Of a DNA stretch of 64,000 nucleotides, positions 52,901 to 62,733 are shown in pieces. The position numbers were made by a program, and so were the translations under genes. Numbering within the stretch: the stretch's first letter is position 1; every line of letters starts with the position of its first letter. Under the pieces are notes generated by a model. That model was not told where the DNA came from and searched no databases. It saw only the letters and a list, made by a program, of their open reading frames with translations. The stretch is from positions 19,406,001-19,470,000 of the forward strand of contig NC_135768.1 of assembly GCF_052425735.1 (NCBI RefSeq). The letters run 5' to 3'. This stretch comes from Oculina patagonica. Lineage: Eukaryota.

Positions 52901-54120
52901 TTCAGAAATCTAAGCCTTAAAAAACACCTTGTTGAAGGTGCCAAACTACTCAAGATAAAGACACGAGGCTGTGGAAAATATGAATTGGCCAAAAAAATAG
53001 CAATTTCTCTCGTCAACGAGGTGTTTGTTCGTATTCAGGCACCAATAAACTACCGAGATTTAACAAGGGAGCAAATAATCATCATCAAAGAGCTTCAGCT
53101 GCCATCTCCACGCTCTTCATCTAACAGCAGTCCTGATCTCAGTTGTTCCTCGTCATATTCTACTGAGTCTGTGAATGAAACAGATGACTCTTTGGTGTCA
53201 GAGCCATCTGATGAGTAACACTGCTGAAAGGATAGTGGACATATATTGAAACCTGAATACTGTGTTATTGGATACTGTTGATTATCACATTAGTTTATAA
53301 CTGTGTGACATGCAAGTTACTATAAAGAGACAGTTGTTGTTCCCATTTTTTAATATTTCAATGTTTTGCAAGTGATATAACATTGGACACTGATCATTGT
53401 CACATTTGTGTGGCAGCATAAGAAAGGAGTCAGTTATTGTTCATGTTGGATTTTTTTTACCACTTTTAAGTGATAATAATTTAATTATTACATTGGAAAT
53501 GTGTTTTTATAGCATTTCTGGTCATGTCTACAGTGGCAATATTATTACAAGTAACAGAATAGTCCCTAAATATTAAAAGTGACCTTTATTATCATAGCTT
53601 TGACATTTTCTTAAGCAACTTTCACTGCTGGACACTGTAAAGCAATAACCAACCTTGGTTATGCTCATTACAGTGCAGGACAATTTTAAGAATAACCAAC
53701 ATTGGTAACAATCCTTCCCAAGCTGGAACCTCAAGAAAAAATCCAACCTTGATAATGCACTTTCCAATGTTGGGCAATTATTTTTAAGAATAACCAACCT
53801 TGGTAATGCTTTCTACAATGTTGGACAATTTTAAGATTAACCAACATTGGTAATGCTCTTTCCCAAGTTGGAACATCTAGAAAAACTCCAATCTTGGTAT
53901 TGCTCTTTCCAATGTTGGAAACTCTTTTAAGAAATACCAACATTGGAAATTCAAAATAGATTCCCAACCTTGGATTCCTATATATGACTTACCAATGTTG
54001 GAAAGTGTATCTCTTTTCCCAAAATTGGTAAACTTACTAATTTTCCACTAAATTCCCAATGTTTTACCGAAAAATAACCAATGTTTCCCCAAATTTGGAA
54101 TCTCAGAATTTTTTCCTGTG
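49992..54120 (+). mobile_element. CACTA/EnSpm-like (CMC) non-autonomous element, 4129 bp
   Basis: TIR CACAGGAAAAAATTCTGA(A/G)ATTCCAA; exact 3-bp TSD ACT (49989-49991, 54121-54123). An empty site of the host repeat is at about 57980-58000. Subterminal ccaac(a/c)ttgg repeats are present; no transposase was seen. Confidence 0.8.
51101..53218 (+). pseudogene. Six-exon SAM-domain gene inside the CACTA-like element (51101-51143, 51659-51771, 51912-52013, 52185-52258, 52402-52462, 52791-53218), with one 2-nt frameshift
   Basis: Exon phases are consistent except for a TG duplication at about 51718. The restored protein VEKWSPSDMAI-WLESVQPEMKEEAQLLQKSEISGKTLTMVDRACLRDINITSVGKQLTIL fits the SAM consensus. 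Confidence 0.6.
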
Positions 54121-54947
54121 ACTGGGAATCGAAAACAAATAAACAATAGAACTGGGATACGGATTTGGAAAATCGAGAAAACTATGCTGGGAAATGGGAT
54201 TTGGGCAAAATGTGGGCTGAGAAATGGGATTTATACCCCCCTTCATTATGCATTCCTTCTCTTCAGGACCCCCTGAAGAGAAGAGTTCGTCCAAACCCGA
54301 CATTGTAGACACATTGCCTGCGACTGACAGCGAAGGCTTGCTAGAAACTACACCTTGAGCCACCGTCAAAATATCGGTCTTTGTAATAGAATCAACTGCA
54401 GTGGTGACCTACGGGTACCAAGAGAGGAGAGAGGTGGCTGGAATCGGGGAAAAAGATTGCCACATTATAACAATAGAAAGAGAAAAATTAATTAGGACTG
54501 ATGGAACTGGCTCAGACCTACCATTGTTTGTTATGACATTATGTGAGTTGTGTTTGTCACTAATTTTGGAGGATGGTACTTACAAGTCACTATTAATATC
54601 CCAGGGGGGTACTCAGGATTTGAAGTGACGGGGATGATCGCATTGGGGCAAAAGTCAAGACCCCCAAAAAATCCCTAGGGCTCTAAACAAAACCCCAAAA
54701 AATCCCTGTACCAAAAATCAACCCCCCAAAAAATCCCATGCCAAATTTCTGACCCATTAAATTTTTCAGAAAAGGGGAATCATCTGAAGATATAACACAA
54801 AGAAAACATTAGAAACACGTTCAGTGTTTGTATTTTATTCGCAGAACTATGCGGCCAAGGCACTACCACGAATCTTTAGATTGTTTTTAATACCAAAAAA
54901 ATCCCTACTTAAATCAAGCCACCCAAAAAAATACTTGGCAAATTTTC

Positions 54948-56453
54948 GAGATATGTCCAGAAATGCACGCAATGACGAAAATGACGAATTTGGCGAAATT
55001 TCACCAAAGTCTAAGATTTGAGCGAACGAGCTCGAGAGGGGGGTACCACGAAAGCGGCGAATTCGACGAAAACGACGAATTCGACGAAAATGATGAATTT
55101 GGCGAAATTTCGCCAAAGTCTAAGATTTGAGCGAACGAGCTCGAGAGGAGGGGTACCACGAAAGCGGCGAATTCGACGAAAACGACGAATTCGATGAAAA
55201 TGACGAATTTGGCGAAATTTTGCCAAAGTCTAAGATTTGAGCGAACGAGCTCGAGAGGAGGGGTACCACGAAAGCGGCGAATTCGACGAAAACGACGAAT
55301 TCGACGAAAATGATGAATTTGGCGAAATTTCGCCAAGTCTAAGATTTGAGCGAACGAGCTCGAGAGGAGGGGTACCACGAAAGCGGCGAATTCGACGAAA
55401 ACAACAAATTCGACGAAAATGACGAATTTGGCGAAATTTCGCCAAAGTCTAAGATTTGAGCGAACGAGCTCGAGAGGAGGGGTACCACGAAAGCGGCGAA
55501 TTCGACGAAAACGACTAATTCGACGAAAATGACGAATTTGGCGAAATTTCGCCAAAGTCTAAGATTTGAGCGAACGAGCTCGAGAGGAGGGGTACCACGA
55601 AAGCGGCGAATTCGACGAAAACGACGAATTCGACAAAAATGACGAATTTGGCGAAATTTCGCCAAAGTCTAAGATTTGAGCGAACGAGCTCGAGAGGAGG
55701 GGTACCACGAAAGCGGCGAATTCGACGAAAACGACGAATTCGATGAAAATGACGAATTTGGCGAAATTTCGCCAAAGTCTAAGATTTGAGCGAACGAGCT
55801 CGAGAGGAGAAGTACCACGAAAGCGGAGAATTCGACGAAAATGATGAATTTGGCGAAATTTCACCAAAGTCTAAGATTTGAGCGAACGAGCTCGAGAGGG
55901 GGGGTACCACGAAAGCGGCGAATTCGACGAAAACGACGAATTCGACGAAAATGATGAATTTGGCGAAATTTCGCCAAAGTCTAAGATTTGAGCGAACGAG
56001 CTCGAGAGGAGGGGTACCACGAAAGCGGCGAATTCGACGAAAACGACGAATTCGACGAAAATGATGAATTTGGCGAAATTTCGCCAAAGTCTAAGATTTG
56101 AGCGAACGAGCTCGAGAGGAGGGGTACCACGAAAGCGTCAGCACTGCATGGGTTGAGTTAAATGACATAACTTTGCTGGCTTGACGAATTTGACAAAATT
56201 TCGTCGAATTCGTCATTTTCGTCAAATTCGTCAGCACTGCATGGGTTGAGTTAAATGACATAACTTTGCTGTCTTGACGAATTTGACGAAATTTCGTCGA
56301 ATTCGTCAATTTCGTCAAATTCGTCAGCACTGCATGGGTTGAGTTAAATGACATAACTTTGCTGGCTTGACAAATTTGACGAAATTTCGTCAAATGACGA
56401 ATTTGACGAAATTTCGTCATTTTCGTCGTTGCGTGCATTTCTGGACATAAGTG
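54948..56453. mobile_element. Foldback/MULE-like TIR element with 8-bp TSD, filled with tandem repeats
   Basis: Inverted ends tatgtccagaaatgcacgcaa.gacgaaaatgacgaa; exact TSD AAATTTTC at 54940-54947 and 56454-56461. Confidence 0.7.
54975..56136. repeat. 110-bp tandem repeat, about 11 near-identical units (one 109 bp, one 92 bp), followed by a 93-bp repeat x3 (56137-56400)
   Basis: Unit gaaagcggcgaattcgacgaaaacgacgaattcgacgaaaatgatgaatttggcgaaatttcgccaaagtctaagatttgagcgaacgagctcgagaggaggggtaccac recurs at 55050, 55160, 55270, 55379, 55489, 55599, 55709, 55819, 55911, 56021 and 56131 (last one truncated). Confidence 0.95.
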
Positions 56454-56931
56454 AAATTTTCCTACCCAAAAAAATCCCGAAATCAAAAATTTCAAACCCC
56501 AAAAAATCCTTCGATCATCCCCGTCACTTGAAATCCTGAGTACCCTCCTGGGATTATTATTACGTTTCATTCTTGTCGATTTTGACTTTTTACTGTCAAC
56601 TTGACAGTAAAAAGTGACTTATAGTGACTATCATAATTTATAGTGACTATCATAATAATATTTATAGTGACTATCACAATTTATAGTGACTATCATAATT
56701 TATTTTGATAACCATCGAATTGACAGATATTTATTTGAGAACAGTTTGTACTGTATGTATAAGAACACATGGTCTACAAAAATTAATTTTATTTTCAGAA
56801 AATAATTTATGACTTATTATTCTCAGTAATTCATTTTGCTAATTACATGATTGGGGCATAGTTAGTAGAGGGAGCTCATATGCGATGAAGAATGGCTATG
56901 CTTGTCTCCTGATGTGTCTGTTTTATGCCCA

Positions 56932-57876
56932 CTATAGCTTACTGGTGCATGAGTCATGATTGTGGGATGAGACACGAGCTAAGAAGTTTTTAATTTCTTG
57001 TGCAGTTTGCTCAGGATTATCCAGATGTAAATGATGACCACTTTTGATACTCTTCCACATCTTGAACTTTGCATGATCACAAATGACATTAAGCCTCTCC
57101 TTCTCAGTCTCTTGATGTCCGTCAAACATGTACACAGTATCTGTAGCTTCTAATACCAGTACTGCAGACTGAATCTTGGACATAATTAGCTTTAAAGAGG
57201 ACTGAGGTGGGAAAAACGGAAAAACAAGAGCGTTAAGGATTGGATCGTGCGACAAAATAACACCATCCTTGGTGACTTTAGTTCCTCTCTTTGCCAATAA
57301 CAACGAATCTTCTTTACGTAAAGTGTTACCATCAAGAGATACTTCTCGTTTGGCGGCCGCTGCTTCTACGCTTTCATAAACACGAGGAGTTTTTTCATTC
57401 ATGTTTGACATCTTAGTTGCATATCTAGCTAAGACTTTAGCAGGTTTGTTTGCACTCGAAGCAGGGTAGCCACGATAATCAATCAGCACCAGATTCTCGA
57501 CTTCATTTGGGAAGCTCCCCGCATACAGGCAAGCTAAAGAAGCTCCCATACTGTGGCCTATGATCGAGAACCTTTCCCATCCCAGTTGAGAAACAACTTT
57601 CTTTACGTCAGCAACATATTCGAAGTGGATATATGGCATTCCAGGCCATCGGTGGGAAGATTGACCATGTCCTGGAAAATCTACAGCGATAAAGCGAATG
57701 TTTTCAGGCAGCAAACCAGCTAGCTTGTCAAATGTGTTGGCGTTGTCTAGCCAGCCATGAAGCCCAAGAAAAGGCTTGCCGTCCTCAGGTCCCCAAGCTT
57801 TAGCTGCAATAACACCCCAAGGAGCTTTAAAAGAAATTTCTTTATAAGAATTGCTGAAGCCCGGTTCGTCCGCCAT
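56932..57876 (-). CDS. SERHL: Serine hydrolase-like protein copy 4, 314 aa, intronless, PTS1 (SKL)
   Basis: LHGWLDN, DFPGHGQS, GHSMG, SGHHLHLD, C-terminal CTSKL. Confidence 0.9.
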   Translation of the reverse strand: MADEPGFSNSYKEISFKAPWGVIAAKAWGPEDGKPFLGLHGWLDNANTFDKLAGLLPENIRFIAVDFPGHGQSSHRWPGMPYIHFEYVADVKKVVSQLGWERFSIIGHSMGASLACLYAGSFPNEVENLVLIDYRGYPASSANKPAKVLARYATKMSNMNEKTPRVYESVEAAAAKREVSLDGNTLRKEDSLLLAKRGTKVTKDGVILSHDPILNALVFPFFPPQSSLKLIMSKIQSAVLVLEATDTVYMFDGHQETEKERLNVICDHAKFKMWKSIKSGHHLHLDNPEQTAQEIKNFLARVSSHNHDSCTSKL

Positions 57877-58389
57877 ATTGAAATTTTTCCCACTCGCCCC
57901 AGTCTTCTGGTTATTGAGATGGTGGAAAGGGGTAAAATGTATAGATTTGGGCAAATTTTCACTGGGAAAGTGAAATTTGGGTCACTGGAACCGGGAATCG
58001 CAAACAAATCAGCAATAGAACGAGCACTGGGATTTGGAAAATTAGGAAAACAATAGGCTTGGAAATGGGACTTGGCAAAATTTGGGCTGGGAAATTGGAT
58101 TTATAACCCCCTCCCCTTATGGGTAACAAGAGAGGAGAGAGAAGAGGGCTATATATAAGTAGGAGTGCCAAGGTGGTAGGAATCTGAAAAAATTTGTCAC
58201 ATTGCATAATATCTTACAATGAAAAAATATATAAAGAGGCTGGAACCGTGAGTAACAGGTACTGAAGTGGGAAGGTTAGACGCACCATTGATTCTCACAA
58301 CATTTTGTTAGTAATGTTTGTACTCCTTTTGGAGGGTTGTACTTTTGTAACTTGACACTAAAAATTAACCTTGAGAAGATTGAAACATA

Positions 58390-58730
58390 CTGTGAATGAT
58401 CGATTAAGCCCCGCTACTCGATTAAGCACCGCACTCAAATAAGCGCAGAACCTTTACCGAAAATAATTTAATAAGCACCACCCTCGAATAAGCGCCGCAG
58501 CCCTACTTTGAGTATTTACAAAGAGACTGTGAAACTGTGTTCATGTTACCTCTTGTATTTCATTCGAAATAATTTTATATTAAATTGTGCATACCTAGTG
58601 TGTGCCCTTAGTGTTTTACTGTTAGTTGAAGTAAGTACCGCTCTTGAATAAGCGCCTCTCTCGAATAGCCGCTGCACGTTTAACAGGGAAAACCAAATAG
58701 GTGTCCCTGCGCTTAATCGGTCATTTACGG
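58390..58730. mobile_element. Tc1/mariner-type MITE
   Basis: ctgtgaatgatcgattaagc / gcttaatcggtcatttacgg, TA TSD; empty site (gcaTAatgttcaa) in the paralogous spacer at about 47762. Confidence 0.75.
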
Positions 58731-58962
58731 TAATGTTCAATAGTCATAATTTATTTTGATAACTATCAGATTGATAGATATATTATTTGAGAACAGTTTG
58801 AATAGCTTGTACAAGAACAGGTGATCTGTGATAATTTATTCTCAGAAAATAATTTGACTATTGTAATTATTTTCAGAAATTAATTTTGGCAATTACATGA
58901 TTGGGGCATAGTTAGTAGAGGGAGCTCATATGTGAGGAAGAATGGCTATGCTTGTCTCCTAA

Positions 58963-59457
58963 TGCATCAGTCAATTCCAGCAGTGCCCATCCCCCCGCCC
59001 CGGGCAACCGTGGGGCATTTCCTAATGTTGCCCATCCCGAGGGTGGGGCATTTGCGTACCTCGGGTTGACCCCCGGGCATTTGACACGTGCTTTCAAAAC
59101 CGTGGAGTGAGTCGCGTATTCGTGACAAAGGCGTTTATAGGCCAAGACGTGGACTATGTTGCAGATTAGTTAGTTCATGAAGGACTAGAGAAGCTCGTGG
59201 ATGTTCGTGGATGTTTTTAAAGGTATATTTTCTCAATTTTAGATATTTCTTCATTGCTAAGAAGCAACAACTTGTATTATATTCTTATATCACATATCAA
59301 GATATTGAAAACAATCAACCCGGGAGCGGGGCATTTGCCCGGTTCCTTCATCCCCACCCCGGGGAATTTTCCAATTTTTTTTAAAGAAATGCTAATGCCT
59401 GGGGGTTAGCCCAGGGGGGGAGGGGGGGCATGGGCACTGCTGGAATTGACTGATGCA
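58963..59457. mobile_element. PIF/Harbinger-type MITE inserted about 22 nt after the stop of copy 5
   Basis: Perfect TIR tgcatcagtcaattccagcagtgcccat; TAA TSD (58960-58962, 59458-59460); empty site behind copy 4 (about 56910). Confidence 0.85.
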
Positions 59458-59479
59458 TAATGGGTCTGTTTTATGCCCA

Positions 59480-60424
59480 CTATAGCTTACTGGTGCATGA
59501 GTCATGATTGTGCGATGAGACACAAGCTAAGAAGTTTTTAATTTCTTGTGCAGTTTGCTCAGGATTATCCAGATGTAAATGATGACCACTTTTGATACTC
59601 TTCCACATCTTGAACTTTGCATGATCACAAATGACATTAAGCCTCTCCTTATGAGTTTCTTGATCTCCGTCAAACATGTACACAGTATCTGTAGCTTCTA
59701 ATACCAGTACTGCACACTGGATCTTGGAGAATATGAGCTTTAAAGAGGACTGAGGTGGCAAAAACGGAAAAACAAGAGCTTTATGGATTGGATCGTGCGA
59801 AAAAATAACGCCATCCTTAGTGACTGTAGTTCCTCGCTTTGTCAATAACAACGAATCTTCTTTACGTAAAGTGTTACCATCAAGAGATACTTCTCGTCTG
59901 ACAGCCGCTGCTTCTACGCTTTCATAAACACGAGGAGTTCTTGGATTCATGTTTGACATTCTAGTTGCATATTTAGCTAAGCCTTTAGCAGGTTTGTTTG
60001 CGCTCAAAGCAGGGGGTCCACCATAATCAAGCAATACGAGACTCTCGACTTCATTTGGGAAGCTCCCCGCATACAGGGAAGCCACAAAAGCTCCCATACT
60101 GTGGGCTATGATCGAGAACTTTTCCCATCCCAGTTGAGAAACAACTTTCTTGACATCAGCAACATATTCAAAGTGATGATACGGCATTCCAGGCCATCGG
60201 TGGGAAGATTTACCATGTCCTGGGAAATCCATTGCAATAAAGCGGATGTTTTCAGGCAGCAAACGAGCTAGCTTGTCAAATGTGTTGGCGTTGTCTAGCC
60301 AGCCATGAAGCCCAAGGAAAGGCTTGCCGTCCTCGGGTCCCCAAGCTTTAGCTGCAATTACACCCCAAGGAGCATTAAAAGAAATTTCTTTGCAAGAATT
60401 GCTAAACCTCTTTTTGTCCGCCAT
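59480..60424 (-). CDS. SERHL: Serine hydrolase-like protein copy 5, 314 aa, intronless, PTS1 (SKL)
   Basis: LHGWLDN, DFPGHGKS, AHSMG, SGHHLHLD, C-terminal CTSKL. Confidence 0.9.
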   Translation of the reverse strand: MADKKRFSNSCKEISFNAPWGVIAAKAWGPEDGKPFLGLHGWLDNANTFDKLARLLPENIRFIAMDFPGHGKSSHRWPGMPYHHFEYVADVKKVVSQLGWEKFSIIAHSMGAFVASLYAGSFPNEVESLVLLDYGGPPALSANKPAKGLAKYATRMSNMNPRTPRVYESVEAAAVRREVSLDGNTLRKEDSLLLTKRGTTVTKDGVIFSHDPIHKALVFPFLPPQSSLKLIFSKIQCAVLVLEATDTVYMFDGDQETHKERLNVICDHAKFKMWKSIKSGHHLHLDNPEQTAQEIKNFLACVSSHNHDSCTSKL

Positions 60425-60558
60425 ATTGAAATTACACCCACTCGCCCCAGTCTTCTGCTTATTGACATGAAAACGAGAGGCTTGGGAACTACGGATTATA
60501 GAAAGGGAGAGGGCTAGGGGTGGCGCGCAAACAAACCCGCTACAGTCTTTATAGATAG

Positions 60559-60900
60559 ATATGCTACCAGAACGTCAAACATCAATCTAAAAGCTCCTCG
60601 TGTTTATAAAAGCGTTAAGGCAGCGGCTGTCAGACGAGAAAGACCTTTCGATGGTAACAATTTATGCAAGGAAGATGCGTTGTTATTGACAGAGGGAGGA
60701 ACAACAGTCATCAACTGATGGTTGTTATTTTTTCGCACGATCCAATCCTTAAAGGTCTTTTTCACCCGTTTATTGTATCTCGATGGCCTTCGAAGTTAAT
60801 TCTTTCGAAGATTCAGTTTGCAGTGTTGGTATTAGAAGGAACAGATAGTCGGGTACACAAGAATGTTAAAGACGAAGAATTGAAACCCGGAAGGAAAGGG
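60559..60900 (+). pseudogene. Internal fragment of a sixth SERHL copy
   Basis: YATRTSNINLKAPRVYKSVKAAAVRRERPFDGNNLCKEDALLLTEGGTTV / VIFSHDPILKGLFHPF...KLILSKIQFAVLVLEGTD. It has a frameshift and lacks the N-terminal half and the catalytic His. Confidence 0.85.
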
Positions 60901-62460
60901 TCAGCATCTTGGCAAGACAAAAATAATGCATTTTACCCTATTAGCAGACATGTTTTCCAGGAGATGCAACTGTAATACAGGTAGTTCCAGCAGTGCTCCA
61001 CTTCCCTCTAAAGCGTATTACTTTGTAGCTGCTTACACCCTGGCGAGGGGGGAGACTTCTATACCAAAGCCATGCCTATGCCTGGTTGACTGGCAACCAG
61101 GCATGGAACTGTCAGGCCACTCCCTTGATTATAGTGAAGCAGAGAAAACTAGTCCAAACTACAAAAACTCGCTGCACTAGAATAAAGGAGTAGTTTATAC
61201 AATATAATTCAACTGTCAACATCACGGAATCGTCCATGGCTCCAATGCATTTAATACACTTTTGCCTTTACTTTCACCAGAGTTATCCCTTCGTATGGTT
61301 GCCTCGGGCCAAATTTATAGGGGTAGTATCACGAGAAGTCTTTTTAGCTTTTGTGTATGAAGGTGCACTTTATGATCAACAAAATAACCTTTGAACAACA
61401 CAAGGAAAGCATAAATTCATTCTCCAAGATGTGAATAAATGGTAATCAATGGTTTTTAAGTGATTTTCTTCCAAGTAACACTGTCAAACTTAAAGACGTC
61501 GGCCCAACTTTTTCAATTTTAGGCCACTTCTTTTCTATCCGTCAGTAGGCAAACCCCCTTAAACCACTTTTTAACAATTTTCATGACAAGTATATTTACA
61601 GTGGGTTTTTATCAAGGCCAGGCCACTATTTGTGGATTCCAATTAATACCAACACTTTTATTGCATTTTCAAGTAGCACTAAATCTTGGTGACACATCCC
61701 CTTTAAGAAAAACACTTTTTGCAAGGTCAGTGAAAAGTCAAGGAATTTCAATAGGAAAGTCCCACACCTGAGAACCATCGAGCAGAAAAATCTTGGTTGT
61801 CACGTGATTGTCCGTACGTCCGTCCGTACGCCACTTACACTGCGCGTGCGCGAGCTGAACAGCAAAAGAGGCAAGAGGCTTGGTTGAGTACAGTAAAGCA
61901 AGGAAGTGTACAAGTTAAATAAAAGAGGAAAAAACTATTCGGTACCGTACCATATTTTCCTGTCTGTAATATGTGATAATTTGAGACTTTAAAGCAATTG
62001 TCTTTACAACTCGGCGCCACGCTCACGAAATTAATAACCGTGAAACTCCGAATTTTGGCTTCATAGGTGTCAGCCAAGTTTAAAATGTATCATTGGAAAT
62101 ATTTATTTTCGTAGCTGACGGTCTTTTCCTTTTTTTTTCGCCATCGCGCTGATAACAACCACCACCAATGTAGATTATGGAAAAACAGTAAAAATGTCCC
62201 GCGTTGCCTATTGTTATCGCGAAAAATTTGTGAATTCTAAGGCTTTCAAAACTGAAAAGATATTTAAAAAGACGTCTTCACCCTAAAGCACAAATATGTT
62301 TGAAAGTCAATTGTATTTCTGCACGCGAGAAAACTACATGGCAAACTCTCTCAAACCTTACTAAATGAAACACAAAATAAACTCTACAGTCGTAAAAATA
62401 ATGATGAACATCAAACTTCTTCAAACAGACTGTAGCGATATAGATTTAAGCCCACGGACT

Positions 62461-62733
62461 TTAGGCCTGGCCAAACGGAGACGCAGGTAGACGCAAGTTT
62501 TCATCTTGCGCCCATTTGCGTTTCCGTTTGGTCAGGGCTTTACGTTCACTTTAATTTGGTCGGGATCAAATTTGCGCGCAAGTCAATGCAAGCATTGAAA
62601 TGCCTTTTTTTGATAACTTGCGTGCACTTGCGAGTAAACTTGCGAGTTCGTTTGGCCAGCCAACGCAAGTCTGTACGCAAGTTCAACTTGCGACTACTTA
62701 CGTTCACTTGCGTTACAATTTGGTTAGGGCTTT
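62461..62733. mobile_element. Harbinger-like MITE
   Basis: ttaggcctggccaaacg ... tttggttagggcttta with internal acttgcg repeats. Confidence 0.5.

Larger units (their letters stand above)
54600..56552. mobile_element. CCC...GGG-ended MITE hosting a nested satellite-bearing element
   Basis: TIR cccaggggggtactcaggatttgaagtgacggggatgatcg / cgatcatccccgtcacttgaaatcctgagtaccctcctggg. Confidence 0.75.

Noticed and set aside
54975-56400. Regular repeat array resembling a CRISPR
   Set aside because: Whole units are near-identical with no unique spacers, there are no cas genes, the context is eukaryotic, and the array is bounded by TIRs and a TSD.
54824-56570. Many repetitive ORFs (MAKFRQIRHF...)
   Set aside because: Translations of the tandem repeat in several frames; indels between units shift the frame.
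57877-57954. N-terminal extensions of SERHL ORFs in the ORF track (also 44643-44657 and 49574-49612)
   Set aside because: They start at non-ATG codons and are not conserved between copies; all copies align from the MAD ATG.
41850-60424. Bacterial horizontal transfer or contamination as the origin of the intronless hydrolases
   Set aside because: They carry the animal SERHL-type N-terminus (VPWG.IAAKAWG, LHGWLDN) and a PTS1, and are embedded among host MITEs. Retroposition or intron loss is simpler; a phylogeny would settle it.
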